A stretch of 64,000 nucleotides of DNA from Bispira polyomma (Eukaryota), in contig OZ287758.1 of assembly GCA_965649765.1 (NCBI GenBank), positions 18,104,001-18,168,000 of the forward strand, given 5' to 3'. Shown here piece after piece: positions 1 through 12,800 of this stretch. Under the pieces are notes generated by a model. That model was not told where the DNA came from. It did not search any database and was given only the letters and a program-made list of their open reading frames with translations. Position numbers and translations under genes: made by a program. The number at the start of each line of letters is the position of its first letter. Position 1 is the stretch's first letter.

Positions 1-149
1 TTAATCTATCATATTAGAATCGTAATAACCCATTCACAACCACAGATATATCAGGAATTTTACTACTGTTAGAGCGCATGAATGCCACAAATCATAGTGA
101 AATTTTGGTATATCAAAGGTTTGTTGTGGGTTATTTCTAAATAGATGTA

Positions 150-486
150 CTACAGGCAGTAGTGTACAGATGTGGTTATACCGACTCTAGTGTACAGATG
201 TGGTTATACAGACTGTAATTTACAGATGTGGTGATACAGGATGTAGTGTACAGATGTGTTCTATACAGACTAGTGTACAGATGTGGTTATACAGGCAGTA
301 ATGTACAGATGTGGTTATACAGGCAGTAGTTTACACAAGTGGTTATACAGGCAGTAGTGTACAGATGTGGTTGTACAGCCTTTAGTGTACATATGTGCTT
401 ATACAGGCTTTAGTGTACATATGTGGTTATACAGCCTGTAATGTACAGATGTGGTTATAGAGGCAGTAGTGTACAGATGTGGTTAG
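150..486. repeat. ~28-30 bp minisatellite
   Basis: tacaggcagtagtgtacagatgtggtta, about 11-12 copies. Confidence 0.9.
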
Positions 487-487
487 G

Positions 488-867
488 TAACCCCTGTAGA
501 GTACATGAGTATATCTAGTATATCTGTATCTAGCCCTTGTAGATAAGAGTTATGCTGACTAAGTGTCTGTGTATGTAACCCCTGTAGATAAGAGTTATGC
601 TGACTAAGTATATCTGTATCTAATGCCTGTAGATGAGAGCTATGCTGACTAAGTGTCTGTGTATGTAACCCCTGTAGAGAAGAGCTATGCTGACTAAGTG
701 TCTGTATCTAACCCTGTTGATGAGAGATATGCTGACTAAGTGCCTGTGTATGTAATCCCTGTAGATAAGAGTTATGCTGACTAAGTGTCTGTATCTAACC
801 CTGTTGATGAGAGCTATGCTGACTGAGTATCTCTGTATCTAACCCCTGTAGATGAGAGCTATGCTGA
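488..867 (+). repeat. ~44-bp splice-acceptor-spanning minisatellite
   Basis: taacccctgtAG|atgagagctatgctga..., about 9 copies; the last copy is the real junction. Confidence 0.9.
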
Positions 868-3800
868 TGACTTTGATGATGATGATGACCAGAAGAAGGG
901 AGAGAGTACCGATTACTCCAGCAGATCCAGATCCAGGTCCAGCAGTCGTAGCAGCAACAGCAGTAGCAGCAGTTCAAGAAGTCACAGCCGTAGCAAGAGT
1001 TCTTACACATCTGGAGGCCGTTCTCGAAGCTCCAGTTCTTCATCACGCTCATCTTCAAGCTCAGACACAGAGAGGTCCAAGCAAAGTGAGTGGTGTACCT
1101 TTGTTGCTGTTATTGGGATGTTACTTTCAGCCTAATGTTTAGTCCAAGCAAAGTGAATGGTGTACCTTTATTGGTGGTATGGGTATGTTACTGTCAGAGT
1201 TAACGAGGTAGTATGTATCATTAGATAGTTTGTTTTTGAAACAAAGAGTTGTAATTACTAGTTACATTGTTTGACTTTGAATAAGAGGGTTCCAGGATCA
1301 ACCCTCGCTGCAGGTCTCGAGATTGTACGTTTGGTTCCTGGACTAGGTACTTCACTCTAACTTGTGCCTTTCTACCCAAGTGTATTGGGTCGCAGTGCCC
1401 TTGTGGTTAGAAGTGCCTGCCTGACAATTGCTCACCTCTCACCAATATGATGCCAAATCCCGTGTACAGTGCTTCAGCACAGTTTCTTCCACAATTGAAT
1501 CTGGCCATCGTGATATGACCTAAGCAGTTAAAAGCCATGCAAAACCCAACTAATTCAAATCCAACCAGGTGTATGAATGAGTACCTGGCTGCTAGTGGGT
1601 GTTAGTCTTTGCACTGTATGTGACAACATGGCTAGTATGCTCCCTTGGTTTGACAATAGGGTAGAACCCAGGCTGTGTAAATTGTGCTGTCAAATGAGAC
1701 CTCATTTAGGGTGATATCAGACTATAAACCCACATTTACATATGTGTTATTGTATTAAGTATTGTCATTATTTAAATTTATTTACAGATTTAGATTGGGA
1801 ACTTTTGTGAAGCTTGGAGATTAATGTGCCAAAATGCAGACAACATTTTCACACACTTTATAATTTATACTGGCTTTACAATTACAAAATAATCCATTTG
1901 AAACCAGAAAGTTAATAATACAACCTGTCTCCATTTTCTATTGATTATTGTCTGTGTGCTCTATTCAACCATTTAGTACTATTTGTGATTGTATCTAAAG
2001 GGCTTGACCACAGTTTGCTTGTAAATTAACTGCCGTGTTAGCTTGTGCATCAGTTACTTTTTCAATTCATATTTTAGGGTAAAATTCTTATCAAAGCCAA
2101 ATTTACTGACAAGTAGCAAAATCAATCCAAGACGTGGATAGTTTCTAGGGAAAGGAATGATGTTACAAATTAAAAAAATAAAATGTGAAGTGTTGTATGA
2201 TGTAGATAATAGATATTATGTTCTGTTCATCTTAGCACTGGTACTGGGAAACATTAGGGATGCACAAGATCAAGATAGTGTCTAAACGAGCCTAAGATAC
2301 TGGCAAAGTTTACAGTTCTAAAACCTGCAGGTGTGGCTTATTGAGTGGTGTAGTAAGTTTGTATTACTTTGCAAGCTTTGGGAAACCTTGATTAATGAGT
2401 TGTGTACAGATTGCTAGTCAGTTCTATTTGCGGTAGCCAGTTTTTAGTGATCTGTGAAGTTGTATGCTTTTTCTCCTTTCAGAAGACTAAGCCCTCCAAT
2501 CCCATATCCAAACCCAACCACTCCACCCATAAACACCAATTTTCTTACTAACAAAGGACACCTATTTACAAAGACAACAGCTTTTCATATTTCATACCGC
2601 TTATTCAAACACATAAAACTTTTATAAAGTTTGGCTGACTGTTTTTGAAAAATGTCATAAAACTGTATATATTTATGTTTATAAAAGGACAAATTTAACA
2701 AAATATTGTTGTAACTGTTTCATGTTAGTTGTAACTTCAAAAGGTATTGGTATTCGGCTTGGTATCAGTTGACAAACAGTGATTAAAGGTTGCTGTATCT
2801 TCTTAAGAATGATTGTGTCTTTGTAAATATTGGTCCAACGTTTTCATTAACCCTGATTTTGTTGTGTTATTAATGTTTATTCTGAATTTTAACCTTTGCC
2901 AGGCTATAGCCTGATAGGGAGTCGTTTGTTTATTCTTTACACTTACTCTTATAGTCGGTACATGTACAAGTTATCTTTATGATATGGTGAAATCATTGGT
3001 TAATTCAACCATGACTTTAAGAACAATTTTAAGACTTGTTATCTTGTTATTTTCATTTCTCAGAAAGTATAAGCTGTGCATTAATTTCGGTTTAGATCAG
3101 AAAATAACCATTAGCTAAACTAGCTATGTATATAAATTAGATTTAAAGCTGATTTCATGTTGATTTTTTACTTAGAGGTCATGACGTTAGACTGAAAATT
3201 TAGATCTAGACTAATTCTGAGTTTTGTGTCACCTGACTGAGTTCTAACCATGATGCAATACCCTTGATCTTAATTGACCTCTGGCTTTATTTAATCGTAT
3301 AAAGCACTGTATGATCCTTGACGTGAATGGCTAGTTTACTGAACAGGAAGCAGATGTAGTTCATAAACATGTTGCATTTGTTTATCGTATTCACGACTGC
3401 AAAAAGGTTTTCTTTATTAACACATTTTGCTTAAATAAAGTCATCTGACATAAGATATCTGGTGCCTGAAATCTTTATTTTAAAACCGAGCTTGTGTCAT
3501 CAGGACTTTTACACAGACATGTTTTTTCAGTTAGAATTGCAAATAGTAGCTGTACTTAATACCTTTTGGGGGATAGCTCAATGTAAGGTTTACTTTGTTG
3601 TTTGTATATCTTTCTGCTACATTTGTACTTTAAGTTGTATTCTATATATTCACCTCAGTGGAGGTAGTCTTTGTTTATCTTTACTGTTTTATCAGTGGAC
3701 CTCGTTATTGGTAAATGATATAGTTAGCGAGACTTGCCTCTATTTAATTAGTGTAGAGACTGAAAATTAATATGTCATGTTCAAGGTAAATGAAAAATAA

Positions 3801-6800
3801 TAACACATGAGGTGTTGTAGCCTTATGTCTCGTAGATTCGCGAGTTTTAACCATTTCTTTATGGGCTTATTTGACATTGAAAAAGATCATTCTTGACGAA
3901 AATTTGAGCTGTATTTTAATCTAGAGATGTTAAAATATGATTTTGTAATGTAAGAGATATAAAACACATTTGGTTATTGAAGAAAAACGACAAATATCGA
4001 ATTTACAAGACCCTTGAATCAACAATACCCAACTATATCTATAGGTTACTCAGTCCCATGTGAGAAAAAGTGGATAAAATCTAGTAAATAGGTTTTGACC
4101 TTCCTTTTGTAAGGCATGCAAGACTTTAAACAGGAAATGTGATGAATCAGATGCTTGAAGTTAAACAGAATTACAATATATGTGTACTGATAAAAGTAGT
4201 GATATTCAAAAATATGATTAAATGACAAGTGTTTAAGGATTTTGGGCAATTTATAAAGAATGTGTAACTTTAGACTTTGGCCACATACCAGTTTTCACTC
4301 TGGTTTTAGGTAACTCACACTGATACACAGATTGACAATACATGTTATTCTGTTTAGTGTTAACAAGACCAGCTTTCAGTTTATTGTCTTATTTTGTACT
4401 AAACCATGTTTTCTTTGTTAAACTATTGAAGGACTAACTTCTACTAAGTAACATTCTGAAAGTGACTGCTACCTAAATATTACTTAGGTTTTCAATGTCC
4501 TATTTATTCACAAAATTATGCGCTTTATTACATGTGTCTTTAAACTCAACAATTCCTTATTTCTTCATGAATAACTTCTGGTATAGTCGAGTCTTGGTAT
4601 TGTTATATAGTTTGGTGTTTCTGTATTAACATCAGTTTGTATTGCATGTTACATGTTTAGTATAACTGGTGATGTCATCTGTCTAGTGTAGACTGTAGAG
4701 TTAGTGAGATCTGATATGGGAGTGGTTGTGTTTTCCTACTTGCTGAATCAATTAACAGGGCCCATATTCACAAAGGGACTTAGCCAGGTCTTAGGCTTAA
4801 ATCTAGCACAAAAGTATACTAAGTTAAGCCTAAGACCTGGCTAAGTCTCTTCGAGAATACAGGCCCGGATGTTATTAACTCTTGATTCTGCAAGTTAACT
4901 AATCCCTGTAACAAACACCATCAGTTTGCACACACCAGGCTAACAAACATTATAATCTAAACATAGCACGGCTAGATAAGATAATCTGTAGCAATGCAGT
5001 TGGTGCAAAAGGGTCAAGCTCTTTAGACGCATCTCTGATTTAGTTCATGGACTTTAGGACAGTCCTCACTATGTCTTGAAAAGCTGTAACGTTTGTCAAG
5101 TAAGTCCAACCTTTGTGCATTTTGTAATTTTGTACATGTATTTTGTATTGTACATGTGTATAGCAGTATGTCGTATGTCAGTGCTGTGACTATGTTTTCT
5201 GCATTATACTACTAAATGGTTTCAAATGGATTCTTGGAACACAACTTGTATACATTGTGTACACCTCTAAACACTCAGGTTTCCTTGCAGTTTACTTGTT
5301 CTCAGTATGTATTTATATAGTCAGTCTATGGAAGTGCTGCAGTTGTCCAAATATCTGCTAATATAAAAGATGATTATTTGAAAGCTCTTGCTGTACAGTC
5401 AATACACTGAGACTGTTGTCCCCTCTCTGTGAAACCTAATCATCATATGTCTACATCTGGCATGCCTTACTTTCTGTATAAGCAGCATGTGCACTAGAGT
5501 AGTTTGATGGCTTTATCTCTACACCTGGGAGAAATGCTTTGAAAGATGGTGATGTTGTTTGTGTATTCTCTACACTCTTAACTACACCTACTGTGTATGT
5601 TGTAGACATGGTTTCTGTTAATACCTGTGTAGTTGACTGCACTTTTCCTGCCCCTGTTACTAGCTAAGTCCCCGTCCCCTGTCCAGACATTAGAGTCCAA
5701 GGAGAACCAGGTGACCTCTCCAACTGCCAGGTCTCCTGAACCCGTCATGCCTATTGGTCTCGGCAAACCAGCAGAAGTCAGGAATATGTCTTCTTCTGAC
5801 AGTGATGGTGACAGTAAGTACTTCCACTTGTAATACTCACCACTGGCTTATTATATAGCTAATAATGTTCTACACCTGTAGCCATATTCTACCAAGATCT
5901 CAACTCAGATCTGAGCTATTCATATCTCTGGCTAGAGTGAAGTAAAATCTGACTGCATATTTAAATTTAGTACTTAAAGCTTTTGTAATATGAATGGTTA
6001 CAAGTATAGCTGTATATGTTATTTCTGTCCTGTATCTTTACAGTAATAGTGATAATTAAGGTTAAAAGTTGTGAGCTGGGGTAATAGTCACAAAAGACCT
6101 AAGTCATGATTTTGTCTCAAGTCTCAGTCTTTTGTCTGAAGTCTTATAAAAAATTGTCTCAATTTAAGCTCTTATTCACATAATAATTCTTTGTGTCTTT
6201 ATGACTTGTCCATTAAACTCAGTTAACATGGCAACAGACAATCTTATTTCTGAATTGTATAAACGACAACGCAATTTGGTCACACTTTTTGCATATAAGT
6301 ATCATTTACTTTTGGAGGTGTTGTTGGTATTTGCCTACAGTTATTCTCTATAATTTTGTTAAAATAGCTGATTAGTAGCCTATTGTATGATGTTCTGTTT
6401 TAGTGCCTGTCCCAAGACATGAGAGGTCCATGTCATACCACAGCTCAGATGATGACATGTATGCAACACCAGATGAGAATGAGTCACCAAGACAACAGAA
6501 AGAGTCACCAAGACAGGATACAGGGTCACCCAAACAAAAGGCAGAGTCACCCAGACAGAATACAGGGTCACCAAGACAGAAAGAAGAGTCATTAAAACAG
6601 AAGCAAGAGTCACCAAGACAGAAGGGAGAGTCACCCAGACAGAAGGAAGAATCACCCAGACAAAAGACAGAGTCACCAAGACAACAGAAAGAGTCACCCA
6701 GACAGGATACTGAGAAGCCAGTTGTGTTGAGTAAGTGGTGCTTCAGTTCACTCAGTTAAACGCATCTTTAGAGTCTACATGCACTTTGTTTGACCCACAA

Positions 6801-9800
6801 AGTTTAAAAAGGTTCCAACTAGCATTCCAAGTTCAAAACTTTAAAAATTTCTAATGTGTGGATTTGAGCAGATATCCTGAATAAACTTTTACAAAAATGT
6901 GTGATATTAAACATGAATATTACTATCTAAGTTATGAATTAAATTTGCACAAAATATTAAAATTTAATATTGCTCAGCATACTTTTAAATATCTGTGACA
7001 TTTACAAAAATGTGGTCAATTTCGTAGCAAAGTAGAGCTCTCCCAAGATTTTGGTTTAGTAGCAATGTTTTTTCAACACCATTTTAGTTAAATGTAAAAT
7101 TGAATGTTTAGGATAATTTTAAACTATAACAAAGCGCTGATTTTAATCTACATGTGTCATTTATATGCCTTAAACAAGCTACAATGGACATCTGTAACTG
7201 TTGTACACATTGTGTGGTGAGGTGTCCTGGCTGTTGTACACACTGTTATACACACTGTCTATCCTGACCAGGCCAAGCCTCCACCTCACGTGATGACAGT
7301 GACAGCAGTACCACTTACACTTACACTGACAGCTCCAGTGACAGCAGTGCTGCCTCCACCCCTCGCCCAGTCTCACCCAAACAGCAGCCCCAGCCAGACA
7401 GAGCGAGTGTGGGTGAGACAGAGGGAGAAAGAGAGGGGGTCAGTGCTATAGTGGTCAGTACTATAGAGGAAAAGACTGACAAACCCACTACAGAGGTAAG
7501 CCGTGAGATATCAGGTACTTATACAGACAGTAAGACAAACCCACTAAAGAGGTAAGCTGTGAGATAACAGGTACTTATAGGGGCAGTAAGACAGACCCAC
7601 TACAGATGTAAGCTGTGAGATACCAGGTAATTATAGAGTTAGTAAGACAAAACCACTACAGAGGTAAGCTGTGAAATAATTTGTACTTATAGAGTCAGTA
7701 AGACAAACCCACTAAAAAGGTAAGCTGTGAGATAACAGGTACTTATACCAACAGTAAGACAGACCCACTACAGAGGTAAGATGTGAGATAACAGGTACTT
7801 ATACCAACAGTAAGACAGACCCACTACAGATGTAAGCTGTGAGATACCAGGTAATTATAGAGTTAGTAAAACAAAACCACTACAGAGGTAAGCTGTGAGA
7901 TAATTTGTACTTATAGAGTCAGTAAGACAAACCCACTAAAAAGGTAAGCTGTGAGATAACAGGTACTTATACCAACAGTAAGACAGACCCACTACAGAGG
8001 TAAGATGTGAGATAACAGGTACTAATAGGGGCAGTAAGACAAACCCACTACAAAGGTAAGCTGTGAGATAACAGGTACTTATACAGACAGTAAGACAAAC
8101 CCACTACAGAGGTAAGCTGTGAGATAACAGGTACTTATACAGACAGTAAGACAAACCCACTGCAGAGGTAAGCTGTGAGATAAAAGGTACTAATAGGGTC
8201 AGTAAGACAAACCCACTACAGAGGTAAGCTGTGAGATGAAAGGTACTTATACAGACAGTAAGACAAACCACTACAGAGGTAAGCTGTGAGATAATTTGTA
8301 CTTATAGAGTCAGTAAGACAAACCCACTACAGAGGTAAGCTGTGAGATAACAGGTACTTATAGGGGCAGTAAGACAAACCCACTACAAAGGTAAGCTGTA
8401 AGATAACAGGTACTTATACAGACAGTAAAACAAACCCACTACAGAGGTAAGCTGTGAGATAACAAGTACTTATAGAGTTAGTTTGTAACTTTTATGGATT
8501 TTAAGAAAAATTGTTGATAATTTCTCAGTATTTACCCAATTTACTAGTTGTGATATCATGAACCAACTTTTAGCATTGATAGAGTCTTCTTATCGATTTT
8601 GTTCATCAGTGTGTTATGCCATATTTAGGTGACTTAAAATTTTACAAACTGATAATGTTTACATCTGTTTGCCCAGATGTTTCTCTAATTTCTGCTATTC
8701 CTTACATTGTACATGTACGTGTATATATCTACTTTCTTGACTGACACTGTAATACATGTACGTGTCCACATAAATATGGGAACTCTTAGATTGTTAAGTG
8801 TTGATTTGATGTACATACAGTTAGTAGTGTGTAAAGATAAGCATTCTGTGTTTGTTAATTGAAGAGTTTGGACAAAGCCACAACAGACAGTGAGACAGAT
8901 GACAGGGAATCTACTGCTTCTACTCACAGTGTACAGTCTAAACAGGACTCCATCATTGATATGGTCAGTACATTTTTTTTTTTTTTTTTTTGAATTGGGT
9001 TATTTAATGTCCACTCTAGTACCTGTTTAGGTTATATTGGACGGGTAGTTAGAAACTCTGGAGGAAACACTGCATACAGTTGATCAAGGTTCTGCACTGA
9101 AACCAGCGGCCCACAGTAAGGAACTACCACCATTCCCACAGGATTCGAACTCACGCCGCCCAGAGGTGAGAGACCAGTAATTGTGAAGTGCAATGCTTGC
9201 CAACCACTAGGCCACCGCGGCCCCTGATATGGTCAGTACAGCCCTCTTAAGTTACTGACATTGATATGGTCAGTACAGTCCTCTAAGCTACTCACATTGA
9301 TATGGTCAGTACAGTCCCCTAAGTTACTCCCCTTTATATGGTCAGTACAGTCCTCTGAGTTACTCATATTGATATGGTCAGTACATTCCTTTTTACTTAC
9401 ATGTGATTTGGCATATTCCAAACTTTTACATGAATCAGTAGGTTTCTAACTAATGTGTAGCCACTACCCATCTGAGTTAACACTTTGAATGAACATCCAT
9501 GTACAACTAACCTATCTTACTGAAAATGCATAACCTGAATGGTATTGTGTTTTTTGTTCAGATTCCTGATGAAGCTCTGTATCAAGGGAAGTACGAATAT
9601 GATCCACTCCCAGAAGCTGCTTTATACGATAGGAAAGAGAAGAGTGCAGAGAAAGCAGAGGATCAAGGGGCTGGCCTAAGTGCCTTTGCTCCTGTACTTG
9701 TGCAGAAAGCACGTGAGTGCCTTACAGACCTAGAGACACCAGTCTGGATTACCAGAATAACTAGATCTAATGTTATACTTAAAAACTAAGCAGTTAATCT

Positions 9801-12800
9801 ATCCAGTTATAAGGACAATGTAATCTTAGATTGAAATGAAGATGGAGTTAGCATGCCTATTGGCATTTAAGGACACTTGAAATATTGACAAGTATTGGTG
9901 GTGACATTCTAACCACATGTTACCTAGTATTGCAGTTCCCCTTGCTTGCCAGGTGGGCATCTCACTCTACTGCTGTAGACTTCCAGCATCTCACTCTACT
10001 GCTGTAGACTTCCAGCATCTCACTCTACTGCTGTAGACTTCCAGTATCTCACTCTACTGCTGTAGACTTCCAGCATCTCACTCTACTGCTGTAGACTTCC
10101 AGTATCTCACTCTACTGCTGTAGACTTCCAGCATCTCACTCTACTGCTGTAGACTTCTAACATCACATGCTTTTTTGTGATTTCAAGTTGATATTACCTC
10201 CACCAGGATGGTAGTTAGTTTGTTTGCAGGATTATGGGAAAAGCACTCGAGTAATTTTGATAAACCTTTGTGGGAGGTAGGACCAAGAAAGAACTTATTA
10301 AATGGTGAAAAAAAAAATGGCCAAAAAGTGAAAATATTTCTGCAGGATTAAGAGACAAGATCAGAATGGAATGGCCATTGGTTGCATACTAGTTTGCACA
10401 TACAATGGGCAACCCGTGCACACTTTTCTCACCCAAATATGAACCACCTCGCTACTCCGTATAGTCGTATGGTATACGTCATATCCTCGCTCATCGGCGA
10501 TAACCTTATAAAATATTACTTTCATTAAACAGTACTTTTACAATCACCATTTTCCTGTACATCCTAATTATATTGTTCAAGGTAATTTGCGGGCATATTT
10601 TACTGCATATTATGAAATATGAAGCAAACAAAAATCTAAGCAATCATTTCCAAAGCCACGTTTAATATTTTCATTTTGTTGTTATATATCTCGAAATGAC
10701 CTTCACCCGAAACTGACGTCATACTTTAAAAAGAGGTACGTTTTGTCTACTTGGAAAGAAGTACACAGATATATTCGTTGAAATCTGTGAATTAAAGAAA
10801 TTTAAACAAACTCAACCATGTGTGACTATTAAGGTAATATTATACATAACATTTATTTATCTTCAAGCATTTATTGGTGTTATGTCAATTGTCTACCCCA
10901 CCAAACCATCTAGCTTTTATTCCGATTTCATTGGTCGAGAGGATGGAGTTCTATCACCCAACTTTCACGACCAAGGCCGACTAAATAAAAATCGCAATAT
11001 TTCTTTACTGGAAAAGGGAAGCGTTCTGAATTTTGAAACGATTCATCCTCAATAGTTACAGTGCACTTGACTACAATTTCAAAATACAAGCTCCAGTACT
11101 TCCTGAAATTAGCTTGTAGACACACAGACTTAAATAAAAGTATAAAAACCACACTAAACCCTTGATATTTCGAAAAGTACTGTAGGTATCGTTACAAATT
11201 TTTTTTAACCTAGGGCCATCTTCGTACCCAACAGATTATATCTACCAAATTTGGTACTAAAATTCCCAGCTTTTTGTGAGAGTTGCTTGTCGACACGCGT
11301 ATCTAAGGGCATTGTTAAGGAGGTGTGCCTAAAGTATAAACTACTTAAGCAGTTTAGACCAAACTTTGTGGAACCCATTTAATGGTCATAATGGAGTACA
11401 TGCCTCCGCCAAGTGAAAAAGGGCCAGGACTGGAAGTAATCTTTCTCAGCCATTGTGGCACTATGTGCTCTGACTGAGTGCCGCTCTAGTTTAAGTAAAC
11501 TTGTAACTGCAGTTTTCCATTTGTTATCTGTGTAAACTATGTGTACTTGAGTTATGTTAGGATATAGCCGCTGTGTCCTGTATTAACAGGTAGCCAAGTG
11601 TCCTCTGATGAGAGTTCCGACAGTTCCAGTGACTCAGACAGTGAGTCAGAAGAGGTCAGTCACACTGACCAGTCTCAACCCTGTAAGTACTGCACTAACA
11701 CTCTATCGTCTACTCTCTAAAGCTGATACTTACACAGACTTGCAGAATTCTTGCATATATTAATGTATTCAGTAGTGGGTAAATTGTGTGTCACAAGATC
11801 GATATTAAAGGAAAAATTAGTTCAATATCAGCCGATTATCGTATCAGGACATACTGGAACATTTTATCAAACAAACAAATCTCCCCTAACAAAACAGTAA
11901 GTGCAAACCTCTAAATTGTTTACAAGTAAGAATGGACTTAAAATGGTTCATCATTTACTAATTAAAAGGTATTAACTCAAAAATAAGATTAAAATTGTTG
12001 TAAAAGTGTTGTCCCAAGTTAAAATATATACCATTTACACAAGTTGTTTGTGTTGCACATAGATATCGCTAGCCGAAAGGTCAAACAATAAATATTGTTG
12101 ACTAACAATTTACCCACTAGTATTCCGCATATTTTTAACCCTGTCCGAATTTAAATGCTGTGCACAAACCAGGGGAATAAAGTAGCTGCCTTCTTTACTT
12201 GTTTGTGTGTGTGGTTTGCTTTGCGTGTATGTGTGTTTGAGGTGTTGTGGCATTAAAATTGTGTAGAACAGTGGTACTTGCAGACAAATGTGTGATCAGA
12301 GTCCATCTTGCAACTGATATTACAAGACATTTCATACCTTCTGTATTATGTAGCCACCTCAGATGCAGAAGCAACTAGACCAACGTTAGTACATAGGCCA
12401 TTTAGTCAACAGATGGCTTTCAAGATAGGTAATTTGGCAAGGGGTTATACTAAATCACAAAATACTGTCCACACAGTAAAATGAACTTTACAAATAGTAC
12501 ACATGTTAACAGATTCTTTACTTTTTCAATCTTCATAATACTTCTCCATCAGTGTTACTAGCAGAAGTTAGTCATTATTTCCAATTTATAACTAAACAAA
12601 GAGGAACCATCTTACGAACTGACACTGTAATTACTGTACTGTAATTTTTCTTTGATGTTCTGCAGCTCTAGATAGTTCAGTACTCTGCTCATACTAACTT
12701 GTGTGCTATTTATACCAGGAGACTCAGAAGACCTTCAGGTACAATATTCTGTGGTAGGTTAGGACCATGGTGATGTTCTGTCTTTGAGTACAGTTAACAC

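Noticed and set aside
852-1142. ORF-track proteins 852..1142(+) and 795..1058(-)
   Set aside because: Wrong frame or strand; the phase-compatible exon frame reads DESYADDF...SRSRS.
7478-8480. CRISPR-like appearance of regular repeats (also 9958-10164, 57796-58399)
   Set aside because: Units are contiguous with no unique spacers, there are no cas genes, and the context is eukaryotic introns.
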